Below, one piece after another: positions 19,553 through 29,120 of a stretch of 64,000 nucleotides of DNA (its first letter is position 1; each line of letters opens with the position of its first letter). The notes under the pieces are model-generated. The model was not told the origin of the DNA, ran no database searches, and saw only the letters and a list, made by a program, of their open reading frames with translations. A program made the translations under genes and the position numbers. Source of the DNA: Alphaproteobacteria bacterium (GTDB lineage: Bacteria > Pseudomonadota > Alphaproteobacteria > MPNO01 > UBA830); assembly GCA_965243135.1 (NCBI GenBank), contig OZ251539.1, positions 5,568,001 through 5,632,000 on the forward strand, written 5' to 3'.

Positions 19553-21478
19553 TCAGGTCCGGTCCGTCAGCGCCGCTTCCAGTTTCGGCAGCAGTTCGGG
19601 ATCGGCGAGCGCGCTCGTGTCGCCGGGATCCGACCCCGAGAGAAGCGCACGGAGCACGCGGCGCATGACTTTCAGGTTGCGGGTCTTGGGAAGTTCGTCG
19701 ACGAAGCGAATTTCGCGCGGCCTGAACGGTGCGCCGAGCCCGTCGGCCACGGCGTCGGCGAGCCTTTTCGCGGCCTCCGCGGGATCCGCCTGCTTGCCGA
19801 CGCAAACGCAGACGATGGCCTCTCCCTTGGCCGGGTCGGGGACGCCGACGGCGGCCGCCTCCGAGATCAGGCCGGTGGCGAGCAGCAGATCTTCGATTTC
19901 GGACGGGCCGGTGCGCTTGCCCGCGATCTTGATCGTGTCGTCCGCGCGTCCGTGCAGATACCATAGCCCGTCCGCGTCGACCGATGCCGTGTCGCCTTGA
20001 ACCCAGCAATTCGGGAACTTGTTCCAATAGGTTTCCAGGTAACGTTCGGAATCTTTCCACAAGCCCCGGGTCAGCCCGATCGACGCGCGGCGCATGACGA
20101 GCTCTCCCTTGGCGCCGACGGGGACCGGACTTCCGGTTTCGTCGAGGATCGCAGCGCCGACGCCCGGCACCGGTCCGCCGAACGAGCACGGCTTCAGGGG
20201 ATGAAGCACCGTGCCGACGAGAATGGCGCCGCCGACCTCCGTGCCGCCGGCGTAGTTGAGAATCGGCGCGGCGCTCCGGCCGACTTTCCGGAAGAGCCAG
20301 AGCCACGACTCCGGATCCCACAACTCTCCGGTAGACACCATTATCCGGAGACTCTCCGGCGCCTGCGCCGGGGCGCTGCGCATCATCGTTCTCGCGACCG
20401 TCGGCGCGAGGCCGAGCACCGTCACGCCGTGTTCCGCGGCGAGGCGCAGCAGCCGCCCCGAATCCGGGTAGTCGGGCGTTCCTTCGGCCATGACCGCCGT
20501 CGCGCCGAGAAGCGTCGCGCCGATGACGGTCTTCGGTCCCACCAGCCAACCCATATCGCTCATCCACAGGAGACGGTCCCCGGCCCGGATATCGAGCAGG
20601 AGTCCGAGATCGAGCGCGTTCTTGACCATCGCGCCGCAATGCGTGTGGACGGTCCCCTTGGGCCGTCCCGTGGTGCCCGAAGTGAACATCAACATCAGCG
20701 GTTCTTCGGCGTCCACGATTTCCGGCGCGGCCTCCTCGCCGGCGGCGAGATCCCGCCAGCGGCAGTCGCGCCCGGCCGTCATCGGGACAGGGTCTCCGAG
20801 GCGATCGAAGACGACGACATGGCGCAGCGTCGGAACCCGCTCGGCGGCCTTGTCGAGCGTCTCCTTCATCGCGACCGTTCTGCCCCGCCGCAGCGTTCCG
20901 TCGGCGGCGATCACGGCGACGGCTCGCGCCTCGTTCAGCCGGCTGGCGATCGCCGCCGCGCCGAACCCGGAAAACAGCGGCAGCGCGATCGCGCCGATCC
21001 GGGCGACGGCGAGAAACGCCGCCGCCGCCTCGGGCGCCATCGGCATGTGGAGCGCGATCACGTCTCTCCGGCCCAGGCCGAGGCGGCGCAGTCCTCCGGC
21101 GAGCCGCGCCGTCTCGGAGGTCAGCCGTTCGTAGGTCCAGCGCCGAACGACGCCGTCTTCGCCTTCCCAGACGACGGCGCACGCGTCGCCGCGTCCCATC
21201 TCCAGTTGGCGGTCGAGGCAGTTCATGGCGAGGTTGGTCGTTCCGCCGACGCACCATCTCGGCCATGCCTCGCCCCTGTCGAGGTCGAGAACTCGCTCGA
21301 ACGGCTTGTCGAAGCGAATGTCATGGTGACCGATAACGGCGTTCCAGAACCATTCCGGATCGTCCAGGGCTTTCGCGTCGAGGGCGGCGTAGTCGGGGAG
21401 GGAATGCGCGTCGAGGAAGGCTCGGAGATTGCTGGATCGGACGGTGTCTTCGTCCGGTCGCCACACGAATTCCGACAT
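19553..21478 (-). CDS. AMP-dependent acyl-CoA synthetase (acetate-CoA ligase-like)
   Basis: FTSGTTGRPKG, GGTE, GRADDTIKIAGKR, LPKTRNLK; start taken at MSEFVWRP. Confidence 0.9.
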   Translation of the reverse strand: MSEFVWRPDEDTVRSSNLRAFLDAHSLPDYAALDAKALDDPEWFWNAVIGHHDIRFDKPFERVLDLDRGEAWPRWCVGGTTNLAMNCLDRQLEMGRGDACAVVWEGEDGVVRRWTYERLTSETARLAGGLRRLGLGRRDVIALHMPMAPEAAAAFLAVARIGAIALPLFSGFGAAAIASRLNEARAVAVIAADGTLRRGRTVAMKETLDKAAERVPTLRHVVVFDRLGDPVPMTAGRDCRWRDLAAGEEAAPEIVDAEEPLMLMFTSGTTGRPKGTVHTHCGAMVKNALDLGLLLDIRAGDRLLWMSDMGWLVGPKTVIGATLLGATAVMAEGTPDYPDSGRLLRLAAEHGVTVLGLAPTVARTMMRSAPAQAPESLRIMVSTGELWDPESWLWLFRKVGRSAAPILNYAGGTEVGGAILVGTVLHPLKPCSFGGPVPGVGAAILDETGSPVPVGAKGELVMRRASIGLTRGLWKDSERYLETYWNKFPNCWVQGDTASVDADGLWYLHGRADDTIKIAGKRTGPSEIEDLLLATGLISEAAAVGVPDPAKGEAIVCVCVGKQADPAEAAKRLADAVADGLGAPFRPREIRFVDELPKTRNLKVMRRVLRALLSGSDPGDTSALADPELLPKLEAALTDRT

Positions 21479-21834
21479 GATCGCACTCCCGGGATTTCTT
21501 GCGCCATGCGTCCTGAAATACAGGAAGCATTCAGGGGGGCCAATTATTTGGCCCCGGTTGCGGTAAACCGCGAATTCTCCGCGTCGGAACCGCCATTTTG
21601 GCGGATCCGGCCCCAAGACGGCCGCCGGGACGCCCTGCGCAAACGGCCGCACCAGGCAAAAGATCCGTCGGGGCGTCCGGCCGGTGTTCGGCCTCGACGA
21701 GCGCCCGCGCCGCTCTGGCTATCCTCGGGCAGCCGGAAAGCGGGCGCGGAGCGAACGTCTCGCCCGGGAAAACGCTTGCGGCGGGAGAGCGCACACTATA
21801 TCTTGATCGCATCCGCGAAGACAGGAAGTGCTGG

Positions 21835-22833
21835 ATGACCGTCGTCGATGTTCACTGCCATGTCGCGCCGGAGTCCTGCTTGCCGATGGAAGCCGTTGGA
21901 CCGGACGGGCGCACCTACGGCCTCCGCGTCGACCGGGACGATTGCGGAGCCCTTTGTCCGGTCATTAACGGCCGTCCCAACCGCAACTGCGAAGCCGACC
22001 AGCTCTACGACATGGAACGGCGGCTTCGAGAAATGGATGCCGCCGGGGTCGATATCCAGGTGCTGAGTCCGGTGACTTTCTTCTATTTCTACAACCTGCC
22101 GGATGAAGAGTGCGCGGCGCGGTCGCGGCGGGTGAACGCCGCGGTCGCGGCTATCGTCGAGGGACGTCCTGATCGTTTTCGGGGGATGGCGACGCTTCCG
22201 ATGCAGAATCCCGAGTTCGCCGTTGCCGAGCTGGAACACGCGGTCGGCGAACTCGGGCTGAACGGCGTCGAAATCTGCTCCAACGTCAACGGCCGGAATC
22301 TGGATGAACCCGAGTTCCGTCCGTTCTTCGAGGCGGTCGCGCGGTTGCGCGTGCCCGTGTTCGTGCATCCCGCGCATGTCGCCGCCGGCGATCGGTTGCA
22401 ACGGCATTATCTGGAAAACCTGATCGGCAACCCGCTCGATTCGGCGATCTGCATCGCCAGCCTGATATTCGGCGGAGTCCTCGACGCATTCCCCGGCCTG
22501 GACATGGTTTTCGCCCACGGAGGCGGCGTCGCGCCCATCCTTGCCGGACGGTGGAACCATGGTCACGGCGTCCGGCCCGAATGCGACGCCCTTCCGCGGA
22601 AGCCGGCGGAATACCTTCGAGATCTCTACTACGACACGATCACCCACGATGCGCGGGCGCTGAGCTATCTCTGCGACCTCGTCGGACCTTCGCGGCTGCT
22701 TCTCGGCACCGATTATCCTTTCGACATGGGAGATACGGACCCATTGGCGTCGATCGCGGAATTGTCCGGAGCGAGCGAGGAAGCCGTCGCGGACATGCGC
22801 GGCCGGACGGCCGCCCGGCTCTACGGCATCTGA
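21835..22833 (+). CDS. Amidohydrolase_2 family (ACMSD-like decarboxylase)
   Basis: DVHCH, FVHP, AHGGG, LGTDYPFDMG. Confidence 0.88.
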   Translation: MTVVDVHCHVAPESCLPMEAVGPDGRTYGLRVDRDDCGALCPVINGRPNRNCEADQLYDMERRLREMDAAGVDIQVLSPVTFFYFYNLPDEECAARSRRVNAAVAAIVEGRPDRFRGMATLPMQNPEFAVAELEHAVGELGLNGVEICSNVNGRNLDEPEFRPFFEAVARLRVPVFVHPAHVAAGDRLQRHYLENLIGNPLDSAICIASLIFGGVLDAFPGLDMVFAHGGGVAPILAGRWNHGHGVRPECDALPRKPAEYLRDLYYDTITHDARALSYLCDLVGPSRLLLGTDYPFDMGDTDPLASIAELSGASEEAVADMRGRTAARLYGI

Positions 22834-22879
22834 ACGCCATCTCCGCATTTTTCCTTCCGACCGCAGACGAGGACCAGCC

Positions 22880-23788
22880 ATGCCAGGAACGCCCTATCGG
22901 GACATTCTCCACGAGGTCAGGGACGGCGTTTCGTGGACGACGATCAACCGGCCCCAAGTGCGCAACGCCTTTCGCGAGCAAACCCTCGACGAGATGATCG
23001 ACGCGCTGAAAGCGACGCGGAACGATCCTTCGATCGCGTGCGCCGTCGTGACCGGAGCCGGCGACAAGGCGTTCTCGGCGGGCGGCGATTTTCACGCCAT
23101 GATGCGCCTCAACCGGGCGAACGCCGTTCACTGGAACGACCGCATGCTCGGCCTCGCGATGACGATAAGGGGCTTGCCGATTCCGGTGATCGCCATGGTG
23201 AACGGATGGTGCATGGGGGGCGGGCACGAACTTGCGCTCTGGTGCGACCTCGTCATCGCTTCCGACAACGCCGTATTCGGTCAGACCGGGGCGCGGGTCG
23301 GCGCCTGCCCAACCGTTGGCGCGACTCAATACATTCCCCGTCTGGTCGGAGAGCGTCTGGCGCGGGAGATGATCTTTCTGTGCCGCACGCTTACCGCCGA
23401 GGAAGCCGTGAACGCCGGCCTGATCAACAAAGCGGTGCCGCAGAAGGACTTGCTCGAGGAAACCAAGGCGTGGTGCGAGCGGATAAAATCCTACAGTTCG
23501 CAGACGCTTCGGGCGACCAAGAAGTCGCTCAACTTCGAGTCCGACGAGCTATACGCCTCGTGGCAGCACGGCATGGAGCTGCTGGCCCATATCTGGGGGT
23601 CGGAAGAATCGCTCGAAGGAATGAGGGCGTTTCTCGAGAAGCGGAAGCCGGATTTCGGAAAATTCCGCGAACGCAATCGCCGACAGGTGGAAGATTATCT
23701 GGCCGGCCTGGAGCGGGACGAAAACCAAGCGGGCGGAGGGACCGATTCGCGGGATGGCGTTGCGGGGAACGGCGCGAACGGAACGTGA
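22880..23788 (+). CDS. Crotonase family protein, MenB/BadI-like
   Basis: NRPQVRNAF, FSAGGD, GGGHELALWCD, FGQTGARVG. Confidence 0.85.
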   Translation: MPGTPYRDILHEVRDGVSWTTINRPQVRNAFREQTLDEMIDALKATRNDPSIACAVVTGAGDKAFSAGGDFHAMMRLNRANAVHWNDRMLGLAMTIRGLPIPVIAMVNGWCMGGGHELALWCDLVIASDNAVFGQTGARVGACPTVGATQYIPRLVGERLAREMIFLCRTLTAEEAVNAGLINKAVPQKDLLEETKAWCERIKSYSSQTLRATKKSLNFESDELYASWQHGMELLAHIWGSEESLEGMRAFLEKRKPDFGKFRERNRRQVEDYLAGLERDENQAGGGTDSRDGVAGNGANGT

Positions 23789-23948
23789 GGAATCGCCGGA
23801 ACGCTGGCGGCCCTCCCCCGTCGACTCTCGCCCGCGACGCGGGCGGTCGTCGATCTCCGGGCGGCATGTTTGGACGGGCGGCTTGTCTGAAACCGCGATT
23901 CGGAACCTCGAACGGCGCGAAAGGCAGCGGATAAGCCGGGAGTTGCGG

Positions 23949-25025
23949 ATGTCAGAACGCGGCGTGACCATCGCCGATTCCGTTTTGCGGGAATTCGCCG
24001 AGAGATTGTTCGAGGCGAAGGGCGTGGCGGCGGAAGACGCCGCCCTGATTGCCCGCGTTCTGGTCTGGGCCAATCTGCGAGGCGTCGATTCCCACGGGGT
24101 GTTGCGCATACCCGGATACCTTGCGCGCCTGGACAACGGTCTCAACAACCCGCGTCCGAACATGAAGGTGACGATCGATACCCCTGCGGCCTCGGTGTTG
24201 GAGGCGGATCGCGCCTTCGGCCAGATCGCGCTCGGTCGGGCCATGACGCTGGCGGTCGATAAGGCCGCCGCCGCGGGAGTGGGGATCTGCCTGATTCGGC
24301 GGACCACGCATCTGGGAGCGATCGGGTATTTCGCGCTGGAGGCGGCGGCGAAAGGGATGGCGGGAATCGCGCTTTCCTCGTCGAGGCCCAACATGGTCTA
24401 TCCGGGCGCGCGGGCCGCCGGCCTCGCGACCAGCCCCATCGCGATCGCCGTGCCCGGCGCCGCCCACGCGCCGCTGACGCTCGATATGGCGACGGCGACG
24501 GCCTCCATCGGCAAGATCGCCTTCGCTCGCGATTCCGGCGTTCCGCTCGGAGAAGGCTGGGCCGTGGATTCGGACGGCAACCCGACGACGGATGCGACCC
24601 GGGCGGCGATCCCGACCCCGCTCGGCGGATTCAAGGGAGGAGGGCTCTCGTTGATGTTCGAATGCCTGACGAGCCTGATGGTCGCCAATCCCTTGATCTC
24701 GCCGTTTCTGGAAGGCGCGCCGGACGGCCGCGCGCATATGCAGAACGGCCTCGCCATCGCTCTCGATATCGGTCGTTTCACCGATGCGGAGGCATATGCG
24801 CGCGAGGTGGATCGGCTGGCGGCGGCGCTGAAGACCTTGCCTCGCGCGGAGGGCGTCGAGGAAATTCTTGTGCCCGGAGAACGCGGCGACCGGGTTCTTC
24901 GCGACCGGATCCTGCGCGGCATACCGCTGCCGGCCGGCACGTGGGCACGGCTTGAGGAGGCCGCGGAATCGCTGGGAGTGACGCCGCCGTCGCCGGACGC
25001 GGCGACCGGAGATGCCGCCGGGTGA
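23949..25025 (+). CDS. Ldh_2 family oxidoreductase (malate/L-lactate dehydrogenase type 2)
   Basis: RGVDSHG, HLGAIG, LDMAT, LGGFKGGGL, VPGE. Confidence 0.9.
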   Translation: MSERGVTIADSVLREFAERLFEAKGVAAEDAALIARVLVWANLRGVDSHGVLRIPGYLARLDNGLNNPRPNMKVTIDTPAASVLEADRAFGQIALGRAMTLAVDKAAAAGVGICLIRRTTHLGAIGYFALEAAAKGMAGIALSSSRPNMVYPGARAAGLATSPIAIAVPGAAHAPLTLDMATATASIGKIAFARDSGVPLGEGWAVDSDGNPTTDATRAAIPTPLGGFKGGGLSLMFECLTSLMVANPLISPFLEGAPDGRAHMQNGLAIALDIGRFTDAEAYAREVDRLAAALKTLPRAEGVEEILVPGERGDRVLRDRILRGIPLPAGTWARLEEAAESLGVTPPSPDAATGDAAG

Positions 25026-25181
25026 ACGGGCGAAGCCGGTCGCCGCTCGCCTGATTCGCGCGCCTGCCGCGCGGCGCGGCTTCTCGCTGCCTTGTTGGAC
25101 GGAACTCCGAACGCTTGTTCGATCCCTCCGCAGAAAGTATTTTCGCGCGGCGATAGCGGCGGACCGACCGGGGAGCGCATC

Positions 25182-25559
25182 ATGCTTGGCGTTTTTGCTT
25201 GGAACGAACTCATTTCCGGCGACGTGGAAGCGTCGAAAAACTTCTACACGAGGGTTTTCGGCTGGGAAGGCAAGGACATGCCCATGTCGGGCGGCGGCAC
25301 CTACACGATTTTCGAATCCGGCGGCGAGCCGGTCGCGGGCATGATTCCAATGGAATGCACGACAGCGCCGGAGGGCACGCCGAACCACTGGTTCGCGTAT
25401 ATCAGCGTGGACAACGTCGAGGCGACCTGCCGGGCAACGGCCGAGGCCGGCGGAGCCGTCGTCCGCGAACCTTTTCCGATTCCGGGCATGGGCACTATCG
25501 CCATACTTTCCGCGGCGGACGGGAGCTTCTACGGCGTGATGCAGCCGGAACGCCGCTGA
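25182..25559 (+). CDS. VOC/glyoxalase family protein
   Basis: FAWNEL, FYTRVFGW, HWFAYISVDNV. Confidence 0.85.
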   Translation: MLGVFAWNELISGDVEASKNFYTRVFGWEGKDMPMSGGGTYTIFESGGEPVAGMIPMECTTAPEGTPNHWFAYISVDNVEATCRATAEAGGAVVREPFPIPGMGTIAILSAADGSFYGVMQPERR

Positions 25560-25641
25560 CGGCCCCGGCTCAGGCGCGGAGCACCGGCGCGAGTTCGGCG
25601 AAGGTCGCGGCAATCTTCGACAAGGCGCGCGTGCGGTTCGC

Positions 25642-25758
25642 GGGATGCGCGTTTCCGCAGGCAGCGCGTCGACATCCCGCGGAGCGTAGACGCGGCGGGG
25701 TCTCGAACGTGGACTCGGGCTTCACCCGGACGACGCAGCCGCTTCTTCGACGTCGCCA
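25642..25758 (-). repeat. Degenerate direct-repeat copy of the 3' end of the PPOX-family gene (other copy at 27169-27296)
   Basis: Shared blocks AGCGCGTCGACATCC, CGGAGCGTAGACG and GTGGACTCGGGCTTCACCCGGA, with two small deletions. Confidence 0.85.
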
Positions 25759-25789
25759 ATGGAAAAATCATAACGACGAGCTTTGGAAG

Positions 25790-26923
25790 TCATTTATCGA
25801 ATAAATACTCCATCGCCATGCGAAAGCGCTCGCGCACCTTGTCGACATCCGTCGTGCCTTGACTGATCGCGTCGATGAACTCGGAATCCTTCTTTAATTT
25901 CTCGTATCTTGCAGGGACATCCTCCGGAATTTCGTCCAAATTTTCGGAAAAAGAATTCATGACCGCGTCGAAAACGGCGGCGTTCAATCCCGAACGGACA
26001 TGAAAAGGTCTTTCTCCCAAATTTTTAACGACCGCTTCGCAAGTTCGCTCAAAAATAGTCTGCGATTCATTCAGTCTTTCTTCGGAAGAATTTCTGTTTA
26101 CATGCATAAATTTGGAAAGGAAATCCTTTAGAGGCTTCCTGTATTCTTCGACGTTTCTCATGGCGAAGAAACGAACCAACAGTTCAATATCCTTACTACG
26201 AATATCGGGATCCTGTTTCCCCAGTATTTTCCTCCAAACAGGCAATTGGTTTATTTTCCCAAGAAATTCCGAGAAGCCGCCATGATAAACGCAATTGCGA
26301 ATTTCCTGATTTGCCAGTAGCGTTCCGCCGGTATTCAATCTTTCGAAGATATGGTAGATGCTTGTGTGATCTTCAGGATCGAATTGTTGCACAATGCACG
26401 CTCTCAATACGGAATTTTTTAGTCGCCGCTGATCTTCATCTTGAAGGTCGTCGAACGTTTTTCCATAATACGAACTTTCTTCGTGCAGGCCTTTTAAATC
26501 GAATACTTTCCTTCTATTTTGCCGTTTTGCGCCAAAATATCCTTCAAAATAATAGAAAATGCTTTTCAAGCGCTGCTGTCCGTCAATCACCAAGTATTTT
26601 TGACTGTCCCTATCGTTGTAGAGAAACACGGAGGGAACCGGCAAGCCAACCAGAAAGGATTCGATCAGCTTGCTGGATTGGACTTGTTTCCAGACGAAAT
26701 TTCTCTGGAAATCCGGTATCTCGATTTCTTCGTTTCGCCATTTCCGATATAGTACTTCCAAAGTGTAATCGGCCGGGTATGTTGCGATTCGATAGTTTGG
26801 AGGAGCGCCCTGGTAGTCTTCCTCTTCGGAAGCGATCAATTCCATATCCAGATCGGACGCGAGTCGAGATGCCCGCTCGAATTCCGGCGTGGTTGATTCG
26901 GCGTCGGTCGCACTGTTGGGCAT
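25790..26923 (-). CDS. DUF262 (GmrS/ParB-like) domain protein
   Basis: IPDFQRNFVW, SKLIESFLVGLPVP, VIDGQQRL, IFERLNTGG; low GC; start position uncertain. Confidence 0.9.
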   Translation of the reverse strand: MPNSATDAESTTPEFERASRLASDLDMELIASEEEDYQGAPPNYRIATYPADYTLEVLYRKWRNEEIEIPDFQRNFVWKQVQSSKLIESFLVGLPVPSVFLYNDRDSQKYLVIDGQQRLKSIFYYFEGYFGAKRQNRRKVFDLKGLHEESSYYGKTFDDLQDEDQRRLKNSVLRACIVQQFDPEDHTSIYHIFERLNTGGTLLANQEIRNCVYHGGFSEFLGKINQLPVWRKILGKQDPDIRSKDIELLVRFFAMRNVEEYRKPLKDFLSKFMHVNRNSSEERLNESQTIFERTCEAVVKNLGERPFHVRSGLNAAVFDAVMNSFSENLDEIPEDVPARYEKLKKDSEFIDAISQGTTDVDKVRERFRMAMEYLFDK

Positions 26924-27153
26924 AACGTTTCTTCCATTGACCATCACGGAAACAGGAAGCGACGCCAAGATCCAGCGTCGAGGCCCTGACGGACGCTCGG
27001 CGTGTCTAACCCCTACATACCGACGACATCATGCAGAATATGCGGATTGTAGGAGGCGGCGCAAACAATTCTTGACGATCATGGCGCAGGAAGCCGGTTT
27101 GTTGCGCGCTACCCGGCGTTACGGGGCATGAGGCGGCGGGCCTATGCTGCGGC

Positions 27154-27639
27154 TCAATCCGCGTCCCAGGGAAGCGTGTTTCCGTAGGTATGGGTAAGCG
27201 CGTCGACATCCTTCGGAGCGTAGACGTGACGCGGCGGAGTCTCGAAGGTGGACTCGGGCTTCACCCGGATGACGCAGCGGCCTTCCTCGATCGCCAGCCG
27301 GCGGAGCTTGGCCCGTTCCTCTTCGGGCATGGGCTGTTCCGCCATCAGTTCGCAGATGGCGATCAGCAGATCGCCGCCGCCTTGTTCCTCCACCGTCGCG
27401 CGTCCGAAAACGGTGACGTAGGTGGGGGGCCATTTCTCGTCGAGCACGCAAAGCGATACCCGGCCGTCGCGCAGAACGGCTTTCGGTTTGGCGCGGCCTA
27501 TCATCGACGAGACCAGAATGTCGTCGCCGTCCATCACGTAGTAGACGCACGACAGAGAAGGGCCATGCTTCTTTCTCGGGTACGAGAAGACGCAAGTCCG
27601 GTGTTGGCGGACGAATTCCCGGCGTTCCGCTCCGTTCAT
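27154..27639 (-). CDS. Pyridoxamine 5'-phosphate oxidase (PPOX)-fold flavin/F420-binding protein
   Basis: RAKPKAVLRDGRVSLCVLDEKWPPTYVTVFG and EEGRCVIRVKP. Confidence 0.8.
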   Translation of the reverse strand: MNGAERREFVRQHRTCVFSYPRKKHGPSLSCVYYVMDGDDILVSSMIGRAKPKAVLRDGRVSLCVLDEKWPPTYVTVFGRATVEEQGGGDLLIAICELMAEQPMPEEERAKLRRLAIEEGRCVIRVKPESTFETPPRHVYAPKDVDALTHTYGNTLPWDAD

Positions 27640-29120
27640 AGCGGGCGCTTCCCGCCGGCCCGCGCTATCTCTTTTTCCATTCGAGTTCGTCCTTCCAGCC
27701 CGTTTCGACATCGCGCACCGAGGTCTCCGGCGGCACGTCGGCGGGAACTTGCCGTTGACGGGTCCGCCGCCCGTTTTCGAGCCAGTCTCCCGCAGCGGCG
27801 CGCGCGGCGGCATCTTCCCATGCCTGCGACCAGTCGCCGAGCGAATAGCCGTGCCACGGCGTTTCAGGCCGCAGTTCCGGCAGACCGAGTTTCTCCCACA
27901 GCGCGCGGCCGGCTTCCATGTAGGGTCTGGTCGGCAACGCCAGGGGCGGCATGGGCGATTTCATGGTGGCGTCGATCAGGAGCGTCGAATCCTCTTCTCC
28001 CTTGTGCTCGCGCCGGGGACCGTGTCCCTGGCCGCGGTGCCGGAGCACTTCAACGTCCTCTGCCGGGTTAAGGCGATACCCCATCGCCCAGAGTATCGAA
28101 TCCGCGTTGTCGGGATCGATGTCCTCGTTGACGGCGATGGTGATCTTGCCGCAATCGCCCTTGAAGCTGGCGGCGCCGTAGAGCGCTCGCCATACTTCGG
28201 TGCGCGGCGTTTCCGGGTCGAGCGTCACGATGGTGACGCGCAGGAGCCCGGTCAGGGGTTCGTGCAGAGAAACCCGCCGCACGCCCCGGATGCCGAGATG
28301 GTCCCGAAGATGGGCGAGGAACAGCGGCTCGTAGGCGACGCGCTTGATGACCGAACTTTCGGACGGCGCGACTTGCGAGATATAGGAAGGGATGATTGCG
28401 TTCTTCCGGTGCGTGATCGCGGTTACCGTCATCGGCAGGTTGAGTTCTTCGAGCGCGACATGGCCGTGACTCTCGCCGAAAGGGCCTTCGGGTTCGAGCA
28501 TGGCGGTGTCGACGAGTCCCTCGATCACCAGTTCCGCTTCGGCGGGCACCGTCAGGTCCACGGTCCGCGCCCGCACGACATTGACGGGCTCGCCGGCGAG
28601 GCCGCCGGCGACATGCAGTTCTTCGAGTCCGACGGGAAGCTTCTGCGGTCCCGTGAAGGCGACGCAGGGCGGGCAGCCCACGACGATGGCGCAGGGCATC
28701 TTCTCGCCCCGTTCGCGGCGCATTTTCCAGTGCAGATAGCCTTCCGCCCCGCCGACGCGCGTCGCCATGCGCACCACCAGCCGGTCGCGCGCCTTCAGCG
28801 CGGCGCGGTAGGTGCCCATGTTCTGGGTGCCGGTGTCGGGATTGCCGGTGATCACGTTGGTCGCCGCAAGAGTCGGCGCGGAGTCGAAGCCCGGGGTGGA
28901 CAGCGGTATCGGAAGGACGGCGAGTCCTTCCCGCGCCAGCTCTTCGCCCTCGACGATCACGTCCTGGCAGGGGGCGTCGTTCACCCGGCGCGGCGGAACC
29001 GGGTTTGCGATCGCCTTCTCCCATTTTGAAGCGATCTGATCGACTTCCGTGTCCATGCCGGTCGCATAGATGTCCTGATTGGCGGCCAGCGCTCCGATAA
29101 CGACCGGAAAGGCGTAGGAG

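Noticed and set aside
27665-29056. 463-aa UbiD ORF as a complete gene
   Set aside because: It is the 3' fragment of the IS-interrupted gene.
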